Assembly: GCA_964648855.1 (NCBI GenBank)
Contig: CAZYLT010000004.1
Coordinates: 199,532 to 231,531 of the forward strand
Length of the DNA stretch: 32,000 nucleotides
Origin: an uncultured archaeon
GTDB lineage: Archaea > Asgardarchaeota > Thorarchaeia > Thorarchaeales > Thorarchaeaceae
Direction: 5' to 3'
In this document: piece by piece, positions 7,430 to 17,204 of the stretch
Layout of the letters: every line of letters begins with the position of its first letter
Position numbering within the stretch: the first letter of the stretch is position 1
Notes under the pieces: generated by a model
Seen by the model: the letters and a program-made list of their open reading frames with translations, nothing else
What the model was told of the DNA's origin: nothing
The model's database searches: none
Made by a program: the position numbers and the translations under genes

Positions 7430-7704
7430 CCACCATGTATAAGGGGAAGAATTACTACCTTGTCATCTGATTCGAGAATTGTATCAAGTCCATTCAACAT
7501 CTCGACATCTCGTTCATTTATCAATATCAGTGTCTCCCGACAAATCCTTTCGGGCACATGCCATTCCTTTCCTACCTCGGGATTACTGCCGATCAATTGT
7601 GCCAGTGCTTCTCCCACAGTACAGCCCTCTTGAATATCCAATGCAAGCGAACTAGAATCAATTCTTTTTGAAATTGGACCACGTATCGTGAAATGCACAA
7701 TCAT
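7426..7704 (-). CDS. Ubiquitin-like beta-grasp protein (MoaD/ThiS/SAMP family), Urm1-like
   Basis: 92 aa; LILINERDVEML..LDTILESDDKVVILPLIHGG with C-terminal diglycine. Confidence 0.85.
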   Translation of the reverse strand: MIVHFTIRGPISKRIDSSSLALDIQEGCTVGEALAQLIGSNPEVGKEWHVPERICRETLILINERDVEMLNGLDTILESDDKVVILPLIHGG

Positions 7705-8343
7705 CTAAATCCCTATTCCGCTAGCCCTTTCTCCTTGAAGGCGCATTTCAGAGTTTTCCTATCAGATAAATTTGTATTCATGACTATCATGGGAGAAGTA
7801 CTCATATGGGCAATAGGTATCCTCTGGTGGACATTAATCCTCTTCCCGCTCTATTTTGCTTACATGATTACTGATGTTGCAGTTTCATCATATCGCTCAC
7901 TAGTATTCATACATGAAGCAGTTGGACAAGAATGTAGTGGGATATGGGTTAAGAGATTTGACCCAGTGAAATGGACTCCCAGATTCAGAGTATTAGAGTT
8001 CTGTGGTTTCTTCTTCTATGTAATCTTAGCTCTCAATACGTTCATTTTTCCCTCTCCTTTTCACTCAGAAAATCTCTTGCGTCTACCTCTTCCTTTCACG
8101 GACTTACCTATAATCGAAATGCCCGCGGAGTCAGTTCTTCCCATGATAATCGTGTTTGTGCTCTTTGTTGTAACCGATGTGTTTGCCAATCTAGCAGATA
8201 TACTTACACAACGAGTCATGATTGCATTGGTCGGGGCAATACTAATTGCCAGAGGGTTTGGTTACCCCATTCCAAAAGCTGAAATCATAGTGCCAGCTCC
8301 TGAGAAAGAAGTCGAAGGAATTGAACAGCTAGAGGTCACGTAA
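7693..8343 (+). pseudogene. Truncated paralog of the downstream MFS transporter (C-terminal half only, internal in-frame deletion)
   Basis: Aligns by eye with the C-terminal half of 8370-9929 (LFPLYF.Y..TDVAVSSYR, W.PRFR, MP.ESVLPM, LTQRVMI, P.PKAE, terminal EVT). It lacks the N-terminal half and ~49 aa after TQRVMI. Start is uncertain. Confidence 0.6.
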
Positions 8344-8369
8344 CATTGTCGGATTATTTGGATTTCTAG

Positions 8370-9929
8370 TTGGCTTATCTTTCAACGTTAGCTGTGAAGA
8401 GGAGCAAATATCTGTTGGATACAGAAGAAACCATCAACCATCGGAAGGAGATACCCAATATAGATGACCGCAAAATTGTGCGTCATAGTATTCTTTCTCG
8501 GATTTTCGGATTCAGACAACCAACGGAAGCTGGTCTCACTTTGGCGCGAATACTAATTGTGTTGCTGCCAGCCTTTTCTGCATCTTTTCAGATATCCACA
8601 TCATTCTTCATGATCTACATTGCCGAGTCATTAGGTGGCGGCGATTACATAGCGGGACTGACTCTTGTAGGAATCTTGGTTGTAGTGCAAACCGCGGTTC
8701 AGACAGCATTAGACTATCCAACAGGTGTTCTAGGTGATTGGATTGGCCAACGTTTTGTTATTGCTTCTGCTCTAGTATCCTACGCACTTGCATTCTACAT
8801 CACTTCTACTGTGACGCAAAACACTCCCTTTGCGACCTTCTTGGTAATCTACATTCTAATGGGGTTTGCAAGCTCGCAGCAGAGTGGCTCATTCGAGGCA
8901 TGGTTTGATAATAATTACCGTGTTGCTATGCCCCATGATGAGGACAGAAAACAATACGGAGTATTCTGGGGAAAGCTTGGGATGTTGACCCAAGTGATGG
9001 CTACCTTGGTTCTAATACCTGGAAGTTGGCTGGCACTAGTTTTTTCAAGAACTTGGGTCTTTATGCTTCAGTCGATTCTTTGTATTATACTCTCCATTAT
9101 GGTCCTATTCCTTCTAAAAGACCTTCCAGGTGTCAGAGAAGAAAGAGAGGGCCGCCCCTCATTCTCAGAATATACAACCCTTCTCAAGGATGGTGTTAAG
9201 TTTCTATTTTCTGCGAAGTTCATCATTTTCATTATTCTGGGCGAAGTTTTCCTCTTTGCAGTTGGACCAGTCTGGTGGAACCTGTTACTATTTCCTCTCT
9301 ACTTTTCGTACCTGTTAACGGATGTAGCCGTGTCCTCTTATAGAACTCTAATTTTCATTCCTAATGCAGTTATGCAAGAACGGACAGGAGTTTGGGCACA
9401 AAAATTCGAACCGAAGAAGTGGATTCCACGGTTTCGGCTTTTCCAGTTCAATGGATTTATTGCCTTCCTGCTATTGGCGTTGCTAACATTCATATTTCCA
9501 ACTCCTCAGACATCCGAAACAATAGCTCTCTCAATCTTTGGATTTGATATAATCCAGATGCCCGTAGAATCCGTTCTTCCCATGACCATAATGTTCGCAA
9601 TCTTTGTTGTAAGTGGCATCTTTGGTGGCCTTGCAGGAATCCTTACCCAACGGGTCATGATTGATGTAGTCCCGAATCGGATTAGGAATAGTCTGTATTC
9701 TTTAAGACCAACTCTGGTGATGATTATGACCATGCCTCTTTTGGTCTTCTTCGGGTGGTTCATGCCTCTATTTGGTTTTCCGGCCACGTTCATTCTGACT
9801 TCGTTATTTGGACTGATAGGGACTGTATTGGTCAAGAAGGCATTTTCCCATCCCGTTCCAAAAGCAGAGGTTGTGACCATTGCCACTGAAAAAGAAACCG
9901 AAGAAGTAGAGGAAATGGAAGTCACTTAA
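8370..9929 (+). CDS. MFS transporter (start uncertain; TTG 8415 has an upstream AGGAG)
   Basis: Motif-A-like DYPTGVLGDWIGQR and about 12 hydrophobic segments. Confidence 0.85.
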   Translation: MAYLSTLAVKRSKYLLDTEETINHRKEIPNIDDRKIVRHSILSRIFGFRQPTEAGLTLARILIVLLPAFSASFQISTSFFMIYIAESLGGGDYIAGLTLVGILVVVQTAVQTALDYPTGVLGDWIGQRFVIASALVSYALAFYITSTVTQNTPFATFLVIYILMGFASSQQSGSFEAWFDNNYRVAMPHDEDRKQYGVFWGKLGMLTQVMATLVLIPGSWLALVFSRTWVFMLQSILCIILSIMVLFLLKDLPGVREEREGRPSFSEYTTLLKDGVKFLFSAKFIIFIILGEVFLFAVGPVWWNLLLFPLYFSYLLTDVAVSSYRTLIFIPNAVMQERTGVWAQKFEPKKWIPRFRLFQFNGFIAFLLLALLTFIFPTPQTSETIALSIFGFDIIQMPVESVLPMTIMFAIFVVSGIFGGLAGILTQRVMIDVVPNRIRNSLYSLRPTLVMIMTMPLLVFFGWFMPLFGFPATFILTSLFGLIGTVLVKKAFSHPVPKAEVVTIATEKETEEVEEMEVT

Positions 9930-9944
9930 GCATCTAAATCTCTC

Positions 9945-10958
9945 TCAATAGCTGCCTAGGACCTTTTTCAAGGCAGCAGAATCTATACTCCCCGCTGAAT
10001 AAGATTGCTGTGTTTCTATATCGGTAATTGTTGCTTCAGCAGGACCGAATATGAGCGAATCCATGTTTCCGTAACTGATATCAAAGTAGGTGCCTGAATT
10101 TCCGGATGGCACTTCGTGTTGTTCAGATGAAAAGGGAATCTCACTAGTGAGCCAATGTAGATCTTCTTCCTCTGTAGCTCTCACATAGAAAAACACACGC
10201 CCTCCGTACATAATGCACTCGTTAGAAATTTTAATCGCTTGCTTGTCATTTTTTGCCACCGGTGGTATTGGTGCCACACCATATGCACTTCTAACCTTGT
10301 CGGGATGAAATCCTAGTTTGTAGACCTTGAATATTCCCGACTCTATAATCCTAGAGGCAATCCGGATAGTTCCCACTTTTGACGCGGTGGGTGATACTAC
10401 ACAGAATAAATCTGATGGGTTAATTCCACATTTCTTTGACAGATACTCAACGACTTCGGGTGTTGGGATCTGCCGAGTATCCAGTAAAACCACACCTGAA
10501 TCTGAAGTTTCCTCACAACTAATCTTCCCAATGGGGGTATGCATCTTTGTTAACGCCTTTGCTGGTCCTGAAGCCATAGCGGTGAAATCGCCTATCTCTA
10601 TCTTCCAGTCTTCAAATTGTGAGCAAATGATTGCATGTGTTGGCATATCAGTTGCAACAATTGCTACAGGGAGAATCAACTCTCCGAACAAACCTCTACT
10701 GAGTTTCACAACTCCATGTCCACCCATTGCAATTTCAGCTACAAGCTGTCCAAGTTCTTGTGTTCCCTGCACATTTACGCCAACATCGATTATCTTAGCT
10801 TCATTGACCTCCTCTACGGCACAGTCGAAACGATCAGAATTATTCATGATCTTCTTGACGATTTCCGTTACAGCTTCATTCATATTCAACTGCATATTTA
10901 TCAGCCGGACATCTGAGAGAGTAATTCTTTTTGGATTCCCATTAGTGTCTGTTCTCAC
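9945..10958 (-). CDS. mch: Methenyltetrahydromethanopterin cyclohydrolase family protein, divergent (start may be ATG 10895)
   Basis: IIDVGV, AEIAMGG, SGPAKAL, PTAS.VG, SRIIESG, SAYGVAPIPP, YGG and FGPAE match the Mch pattern, with several substitutions. Confidence 0.8.
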   Translation of the reverse strand: MRTDTNGNPKRITLSDVRLINMQLNMNEAVTEIVKKIMNNSDRFDCAVEEVNEAKIIDVGVNVQGTQELGQLVAEIAMGGHGVVKLSRGLFGELILPVAIVATDMPTHAIICSQFEDWKIEIGDFTAMASGPAKALTKMHTPIGKISCEETSDSGVVLLDTRQIPTPEVVEYLSKKCGINPSDLFCVVSPTASKVGTIRIASRIIESGIFKVYKLGFHPDKVRSAYGVAPIPPVAKNDKQAIKISNECIMYGGRVFFYVRATEEEDLHWLTSEIPFSSEQHEVPSGNSGTYFDISYGNMDSLIFGPAEATITDIETQQSYSAGSIDSAALKKVLGSY

Positions 10959-11105
10959 CCTCTAAACCCCCTTACATTGATATAAGCAGTGGGTCCCTCT
11001 TCTTCATCGCCTTATTTCCTGTTTTCGTACACAAAATCACTAGACCGATTAATGTGCAAGGAGAAAACTTTATCTCGTGCTCAAGAGGGGGTGAGCACCA
11101 GAGAG

Positions 11106-11183
11106 GCCCCAGTAGCTCAGACTGGTTAGATCGCATCCTTGGTAAGGATGAGGCCGCGGGTTCAAATCCCGCCTGGGGCTCCA
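11106..11183 (+). tRNA. tRNA-Thr(GGT), CCA encoded
   Basis: Acceptor GCCCCAG/CTGGGGC, anticodon arm CATCC-TT GGT AA-GGATG, T-arm GCGGG-TTCAAAT-CCCGC, discriminator T, then CCA. Confidence 0.95.
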
Positions 11184-11187
11184 CTTC

Positions 11188-11559
11188 TTACTCAAACTTG
11201 ATTCTACCTGTATTCCTGACAATATCCTCTGTGTTGATGCCGCTTTCCAGCTTGACTCTTTCCCCCCTCTTTATCCTCGATAAAGACCGGATTACTAGAT
11301 GGGCACCAATGGCAGCTAGGCCTAAAATACCAAAAATCAATCCAATGATGAATACGAGAACTTGCTGAACGGAGTAATAACTTGAAGTAGCAATTAGAAT
11401 CGTTAGAAGCGACATAGGAATGGTCAGAATTCCTATGCCAGTTCTGAGTTCCGCCAAGTATGTCCTCTTTTCTGCCTCAAGTGTTCTGGTGATGGCCAGT
11501 TGTATTCTAATATCTGATGCGCTGATAGAGCGTTGTGCTACAGCTTCTTCTTCGCTCAA
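11188..11559 (-). CDS. Small membrane protein, DUF202/YidH-like
   Basis: Repeated LA..RT motif (LAITRTLEAEKRTYLAELRTG) followed by two TM helices; TTG start with GGGAG upstream. Confidence 0.7.
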   Translation of the reverse strand: MSEEEAVAQRSISASDIRIQLAITRTLEAEKRTYLAELRTGIGILTIPMSLLTILIATSSYYSVQQVLVFIIGLIFGILGLAAIGAHLVIRSLSRIKRGERVKLESGINTEDIVRNTGRIKFE

Positions 11560-11579
11560 CTACACACTCCCCCAGAAAC

Positions 11580-11840
11580 TTACTCCTGTTCCTCGCTCCT
11601 CTTTGCATTCAGCAGTTTTTCTGCTTTCTTCTCACCTACGAGACTGCTAAGTTTTCTAATCGCATCCGGGTCGTCTTCTCGTTCCAATAGATTCTCTACC
11701 CGCTTACGGACAGCAGGTGACAAGTCTCTGGCCAGTTTCTTTCTTCTTTCCTTTTTACTCAAGTCAAAATCATCTGGTCCAAGAAGACTCATTATTACCA
11801 CATGTAACTCTGCATCGAAAGGTTTTATGGGTTTTCGCAT
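11580..11840 (-). CDS. Hypothetical small charged protein (MRKPIKPFDAELH...)
   Basis: Co-oriented with and about 20 nt from the DUF202 gene; protein-like helical, charged composition. The ORF track extends it to 11873. Confidence 0.6.
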   Translation of the reverse strand: MRKPIKPFDAELHVVIMSLLGPDDFDLSKKERRKKLARDLSPAVRKRVENLLEREDDPDAIRKLSSLVGEKKAEKLLNAKRSEEQE

Positions 11841-11881
11841 GACTGAGTAATCCACAAAAGGGGGACATTGCATGAGAGTTT

Positions 11882-14236
11882 GTGGTCCAGTTGATGAAGG
11901 AAACTCTCGGTGATGTAGAAGAAATCACATCCGAAGAACACTACGTTGAAATTCATTGTGAGAATGGAAGTGCAAGAGTTACTATCGTAACCCCCAAGAT
12001 TGTTCGGCTTCAAATGACTACGACTGATGTTTACAGACATTTCGACTCATACGCAGTTAAAGGGCCACTCCCGGAAGGGAATTTCCTATTCGAAGAAGGT
12101 GAGGTTTCCAAAATAGCAACGGGAGAACTTACTCTGGAAGTCGGAAAAACTCCCTTCAGCTTCAGAGTACTAGACAAGTCCGGCAAAACAATCCAAGAAG
12201 ATGCTGAATCAGGGGGCATGCATTGGAAGGGCAAATCCTTTACCGTAACGAAGCGAATGAAGAAGAATACCTGCTTCTATGGAATGGGTGAGAAAGCACA
12301 TGGACTCAATAAGCGAGGCCTCCGCTATGTAATGTGGAACACTGATAACCCGGACTATGATTCTGAGTCAGATCCCCTGTATCAGAGTATTCCTTTCTTC
12401 ATAGTCTTGGATGATGACATGGCATATGGTGTCTTCTTAGACAACACGTACAAAACATGGTTTGATTTCGGACGTACTATAGCTGGCTCATATGCATTTG
12501 GCGCTCCTGATGGTCCAGTCGACTACTACATATTCTACGGCCCAACAATCCAGGATGTTATCGAAGGTTACACCAAAATCACAGGGAAACCACACTTCAT
12601 TCCCAAGTGGGCCTTGGGACATCAGCACTCACGTTGGATGGAATATGAGTCAGATGAAGATATCTTGAAAGTGGCCCGCGGTCTGAGGGAACACAAGATT
12701 CCATGTGACACAATAGTATTAGATATCCTGTATATGGATCAATTCAAGATATTCACATGGGACCCCGAAGTATTTCCCAACCCGCGGAAATTATCAAACC
12801 AGCTTTCCGAGAGGGGTTTTAAGACTATGACTATAATTGACCCAGGCGTAAAGAAAGAAGAAGGCTATTTCGTATTCGATGAAGGGGTCAAGAAGGATTA
12901 TTTCCTGAAGAAAGAAGACGGCTCCTTGTTTGTCGGTCTTGTTTGGCCTGGCTTGACAGTATTCCCTGTATTTTCAAGGCAGGAAGTCAGGAACTGGTTT
13001 GGAATCTACTATCAGAAGCAACCCAAATGGGGGGTTAGTAATAGCAGCTGGATAGATATGAACGAACCTAGTGTGCATGAAGGTCTTCAAAATGAATACT
13101 CCATCTCTGAGGCTGTCACTAAGGAGGGAGAACCTTGGGAACCACGTCTACGAAATGTCTACGGTCTTTGCATGGCAGAGGCTGCTTTCTACGGATTAAG
13201 AGAAGCGTATCCCGGAGAGAGACCCTTCCTTCTGACACGTTCAGGGTTTGCAGGTTATCAGCGATACTCGGCTACCTGGACAGGCGATAATAAGTCCACC
13301 TGGGAATATCTTCGCCTGTCCATCCCCATGATTCTGAATCTGGGTCTATCTGGAGTACCATTCAGTGGTGCCGACATTGGTGGTTTTGGTGGGGACGTCA
13401 CTGCTGAGTTATTGGCACGTTGGTATCAACTGGGTTCTTTCTACCCATTCTCTAGAAATCACTCCCAAATTGAAACAAGACGGCAAGAACCGTGGCTGTT
13501 TGGAGATGAGGTTTCACAAATCGCAAGCAAATATATCTCATTGCGATATCGATTCATGAGATATCTGTATTCACTTGCATGGTTGGCTTCTGAAACAGGA
13601 TCGCCCATCATGAAACCCTTAGTCTTGGAATTCCAAGAGGATGAAAACACTCATGAAATTGATACAGAGTTTCTCGTTGGCTCCTTCCTCTTAATAGCTC
13701 CCATATTACATGAGGGAAAAACTGAACGCAATGTGTATTTGCCAGAAGGTTTCTGGTATGATTACTGGACGAGTGAGAGATTTGAGGGTCCAATGTCCTT
13801 CGAAGTGTCCGCCCCACTTGATACAATGCCCATCTATTGTCGGGGCGGCTCAGTCCTTCCGGCAGGTCAAGTTATTCAGAATTGTCAAGAATCTCAAGGT
13901 GATGTCTTGCTGCTGATATACCCTGATGGAAATGGAAGTATCATTTTTTACCAAGATGATGGCATCTTGGAAGATGGTGCCTACGCAAAGACAAGGATAC
14001 AGGTTGAATCAGACGTAGAATCTGTCTTGATTCGACTGGACGAACGAGAAGGCACATGGAATCCACCGGCGGAGAAACTGATTCTTGAAGTTCGAGGATT
14101 GACTGAAGGTCCAAAGAAGGTAGTAATTGACAATAAGGAGCACAAGGTGTCAGATGTGTACCATTCGAATGCCAGTCTATGTCGGATTGAACTAGCCAAC
14201 GACGGTCGCCCCCATGAAGTGCTAATTGAGAGATAG
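11882..14236 (+). CDS. Glycoside hydrolase family 31 (alpha-glucosidase)
   Basis: LYQSIPF, nucleophile motif WIDMNEP, acid/base WTGDN, GADIGGF and FYPFSRNH. Confidence 0.95.
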   Translation: MVQLMKETLGDVEEITSEEHYVEIHCENGSARVTIVTPKIVRLQMTTTDVYRHFDSYAVKGPLPEGNFLFEEGEVSKIATGELTLEVGKTPFSFRVLDKSGKTIQEDAESGGMHWKGKSFTVTKRMKKNTCFYGMGEKAHGLNKRGLRYVMWNTDNPDYDSESDPLYQSIPFFIVLDDDMAYGVFLDNTYKTWFDFGRTIAGSYAFGAPDGPVDYYIFYGPTIQDVIEGYTKITGKPHFIPKWALGHQHSRWMEYESDEDILKVARGLREHKIPCDTIVLDILYMDQFKIFTWDPEVFPNPRKLSNQLSERGFKTMTIIDPGVKKEEGYFVFDEGVKKDYFLKKEDGSLFVGLVWPGLTVFPVFSRQEVRNWFGIYYQKQPKWGVSNSSWIDMNEPSVHEGLQNEYSISEAVTKEGEPWEPRLRNVYGLCMAEAAFYGLREAYPGERPFLLTRSGFAGYQRYSATWTGDNKSTWEYLRLSIPMILNLGLSGVPFSGADIGGFGGDVTAELLARWYQLGSFYPFSRNHSQIETRRQEPWLFGDEVSQIASKYISLRYRFMRYLYSLAWLASETGSPIMKPLVLEFQEDENTHEIDTEFLVGSFLLIAPILHEGKTERNVYLPEGFWYDYWTSERFEGPMSFEVSAPLDTMPIYCRGGSVLPAGQVIQNCQESQGDVLLLIYPDGNGSIIFYQDDGILEDGAYAKTRIQVESDVESVLIRLDEREGTWNPPAEKLILEVRGLTEGPKKVVIDNKEHKVSDVYHSNASLCRIELANDGRPHEVLIER

Positions 14237-14288
14237 AGTTGTGCTCCGCTATTCTTATAACATGAGATGAGGGAAACCGAAATTACAT

Positions 14289-14365
14289 GGGTCGGTGGTC
14301 TAGCTTGGCATGATTCTTGGTTTGGGTCCAAGGGATCGGGCGTTCAAATCGCCTCCGGCCCACCA
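14289..14365 (+). tRNA. tRNA-Pro(TGG), CCA encoded
   Basis: Acceptor GGGTCGG/CCGGCCC, anticodon arm CTTGG-TT TGG GT-CCAAG, T-arm GGGCG-TTCAAAT-CGCCT, then ACCA. Confidence 0.93.
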
Positions 14366-14484
14366 TTCTACAGCTTTTCGGACTTCTTTCCCGTCATTTT
14401 TCTTTCTTCGTTTCACATTAATACCAACAGATATTCGACAAAAGACGTAATCCTTATCTAATACTTCCTTCTCATCGTGATAAC

Positions 14485-15210
14485 ATGTCTATTCAGGCAT
14501 CCGTCAGAGAAAGGCTCGCTCGTCGTATCGCAGGTGAAATTGCCATTTCAGACCATCCTGGTCAAACAATGCGAATGTGGAGAGAGCGGTTTCGACTTCC
14601 TCAAATAGAACTGGCTGATTACATAGGAATCAGTCCAAGTGTAATCAGTGACTACGAGTCGGGTAGACGGAAATCTCCTGGAACAGCAACAATCCGTCGG
14701 TTTGTCATGGCGTTACTTGCTCTCGATGAAAAACATGGTGGACAAGTAATATCCGCTTTTGTGAGATTGATGGATGTCAGTCTTGTGGATCTAAATATTG
14801 TGTTGGCAATGAGTGATTTCACGGAGAGTATGACTGCGAAGGAATTCTGTGATCGGCTCAAATGCAATATTGAAGCAGGGAAAGAGCACCTTGACAAAGA
14901 GATTTTTGGTTATACTCTGGTGGACGTTGAACGAGCTGTAAAAGAACTGGATAGTGAAGCTTTCCTCAAATTGTTCGGAGCGACAACTGAACGCTGCTTG
15001 ATTTTTACTAGAGTCAATACTGGACGGGCTCCAATGATTGCAATAAAATCACAGGAATTCAAGCCTACGCTGGTAATTCTGCATGGGGTAGAAAAGGTTG
15101 ATCAGCTTGCACTAGACCTATCTGAACAAATGAGCATTCCACTTGCCGTCAGTAAAATCAATTCAATTGATGGGCTCACCCGGGAGCTGCATTCGATAAA
15201 ACCAGATTAG
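14485..15210 (+). CDS. Conserved archaeal XRE/Cro-type HTH transcriptional regulator
   Basis: IAGEI..SD.PGQTMRMWRERF..QIELADYIGISPSVISDYESGRRKSPG and a C-terminal GATTERCLIFT.V.TGRAPMIA motif. Confidence 0.85.
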   Translation: MSIQASVRERLARRIAGEIAISDHPGQTMRMWRERFRLPQIELADYIGISPSVISDYESGRRKSPGTATIRRFVMALLALDEKHGGQVISAFVRLMDVSLVDLNIVLAMSDFTESMTAKEFCDRLKCNIEAGKEHLDKEIFGYTLVDVERAVKELDSEAFLKLFGATTERCLIFTRVNTGRAPMIAIKSQEFKPTLVILHGVEKVDQLALDLSEQMSIPLAVSKINSIDGLTRELHSIKPD

Positions 15211-16121
15211 CTCAGCATCATGCTGAGAATAGCCATTCTGGTGACGACACCGCTATACACTTGTTCGAAGTACTTAGCTTGAGGTGTTGAATCTACTTCT
15301 GGACTAAGCTCATCAACTCTTGGTAATGGATGAAGAATAATAGCGTCCTTAGGCATAAGTGATACATCTTCCATCCCAATCCTAAACTTCCCTTTTATAG
15401 CCTCATATTCTCTAATATCTGGAAAACGTTCTTTCTGAATGCGTGTCATATATACAACATCTGCATCCTTTATTGCAGCTTCAATTGAATCCACCTCTTC
15501 TACCTCAATGCCCTTTTCCATCATTTCTTCAATTATGGCTGGTTTCATCCTGAGGGAATCTGGTGCAGCTAGTTTGATGGCAACATCATAGTTTGACAAT
15601 CCCATTCCCAGCGAGTGAACAGTCCTTCCGTATCTAAGGTCGCCACAAAGCGAAATACGTAGACTGTCAATACCACCTTTGAATTTAGCAATCGAATAGA
15701 GGTCGAGCAACGCTTGTGTTGGATGCTCTTCCGATCCGCTTCCTGCATTTATGACTGGAATACTTGAGAATTCCGAGGCAACCCGCGCAGATCCATCTAG
15801 GGGATGACGAATCACTATTACATCTGCGTATTTTTCAACAGTTCTGATTGTGTCAGCTAAGGTCTCTCCCTTGCCGCCTGCACTTGATGAAACGACATCG
15901 GCGAAGCCCAGTACTCCTCCCCCGAGTCTAATCATGGCGCTTTCGAAGGACAATCGGGTTCTTGTAGATGCCTCGAAAAACAGGCATGCCATTATTTTTC
16001 CCTTTAGTTCATCGCTTCTTTTTCTTGCGACGGCTTCCATCTCTGATGCTTTTCCAATTATCCGGTCAATGCCATCTCGGTCTAGGTCCTGTATGCTAAT
16101 CAGGTTATTGAGCCATTTCAT
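15207..16121 (-). CDS. pyrB: Aspartate carbamoyltransferase catalytic subunit
   Basis: FFEASTRTRLSF, HPTQALLD, GDLRYGRTVHSL, YMTRIQKER and HPLPR motifs. Confidence 0.96.
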   Translation of the reverse strand: MKWLNNLISIQDLDRDGIDRIIGKASEMEAVARKRSDELKGKIMACLFFEASTRTRLSFESAMIRLGGGVLGFADVVSSSAGGKGETLADTIRTVEKYADVIVIRHPLDGSARVASEFSSIPVINAGSGSEEHPTQALLDLYSIAKFKGGIDSLRISLCGDLRYGRTVHSLGMGLSNYDVAIKLAAPDSLRMKPAIIEEMMEKGIEVEEVDSIEAAIKDADVVYMTRIQKERFPDIREYEAIKGKFRIGMEDVSLMPKDAIILHPLPRVDELSPEVDSTPQAKYFEQVYSGVVTRMAILSMMLS

Positions 16122-16199
16122 CTCTTTTTTTCTCCCACTGACTACGAGGGTTGGAATCGTTAGTTCCTCATTAACCTTTCCGGCAAACTTGTCGACAGG

Positions 16200-16694
16200 T
16201 TACTCGGTGTCTGATTGACTGATTCCATGCTTTCGCTCCATGTCTATTTCTCGAATCTTCAGATTGGATTGCTGTACGAGCTCAATTGCCAACTCATCGG
16301 GATAGCCTTCGATGTAAATGACCTCTTTGATACCTGCGTTGATTATCATTTTTGTACAAATACTGCAGGGGAGTGTAGTGCAGTACACCTTTGCTCCCTT
16401 CACGCTCACGCCATGATATGCTGCTTGGATAATTGCATTTTGTTCTGCGTGCAATCCTCTACAAAGCTCATGCCTTTCTCCTGATTTTATTCCCGACCGT
16501 TCTCTCAAACATCCACCAAGTTCTTCACAGTGAGGTAACCCCTTCGGAGCCCCATTGTAACCGGTGGACAGGATTTGCCCATCCTTTACTATAACTGCTC
16601 CAACATGGTTTCGCAGACATGTGCTCCTTGTACTAACTAGGTCTGCAATCTCAGCGAAGTATACATCCTTGCTTTTTCTGGTCATCTCAAACAC
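16200..16694 (-). CDS. dCMP deaminase (ComEB family); likely ATG 16685
   Basis: RSTCLR..VGAVIV, GYNG.P, and Zn motifs HAEQNAI and PCSIC. Confidence 0.92.
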   Translation of the reverse strand: MFEMTRKSKDVYFAEIADLVSTRSTCLRNHVGAVIVKDGQILSTGYNGAPKGLPHCEELGGCLRERSGIKSGERHELCRGLHAEQNAIIQAAYHGVSVKGAKVYCTTLPCSICTKMIINAGIKEVIYIEGYPDELAIELVQQSNLKIREIDMERKHGISQSDTE

Positions 16695-16821
16695 ATCTCT
16701 GTGAAGTAGCGAGCCGTCCTAGAATTCCCTGTCTTATGAAGTTCGCCCTACATGGCCGTGATACAGAGGAAAGATAAAAAGTAGACATAATCTGAACGTA
16801 GTAACATGAATCACGAATGAT

Positions 16822-17193
16822 ATGGAAGTTGCTTGCACCATGAGACAGAAGAACGGAAAAGTCATTATTTGGCCAGAATATCTGGATTCGGAACTGTCTA
16901 GGTCGGAAGGAAGACGAATTCCAAAGAACCTCGGAGCACCTGATGTCAACCTGAAAATTCTGAAGGAAGGTGCAGCTCTTGCTAATCTTGAAGCCCAAGT
17001 AGAAGCTGGGAAAAGACATCCACGCAGTCATGAAAACCGCGGTGGATACTTGATTGTGGATAATCCGGATGGCCACAAAAAAGGACGGCTCCTCCTAATG
17101 CTAGCAAAAGGAGTTCGTCGCGCGGTGGCAGAACGAATCAGAGCAAAGAAAGAAGCCGCGAAGGGCAAAGGTAGGCGCAGACGTAGAAGATAA
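16822..17193 (+). CDS. srp19: Signal recognition particle protein SRP19 (likely ATG 16840)
   Basis: IIWPEYLDS..SRSEGRRIPK and KRHPR motifs. Confidence 0.92.
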   Translation: MEVACTMRQKNGKVIIWPEYLDSELSRSEGRRIPKNLGAPDVNLKILKEGAALANLEAQVEAGKRHPRSHENRGGYLIVDNPDGHKKGRLLLMLAKGVRRAVAERIRAKKEAAKGKGRRRRRR

Positions 17194-17204
17194 ATCTGGC
17201 AGAA

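Noticed and set aside
10972-11368. ORFs overlapping tRNA genes (10972-11184, 11054-11368; also 14267-14461 and 23802-24017)
   Set aside because: They are incidental translations of tRNA sequence.
11106-14365. Segment between tRNA-Thr and tRNA-Pro as an integrated element
   Set aside because: No integrase, no duplicated tRNA 3' end (att site), and no obvious compositional shift.
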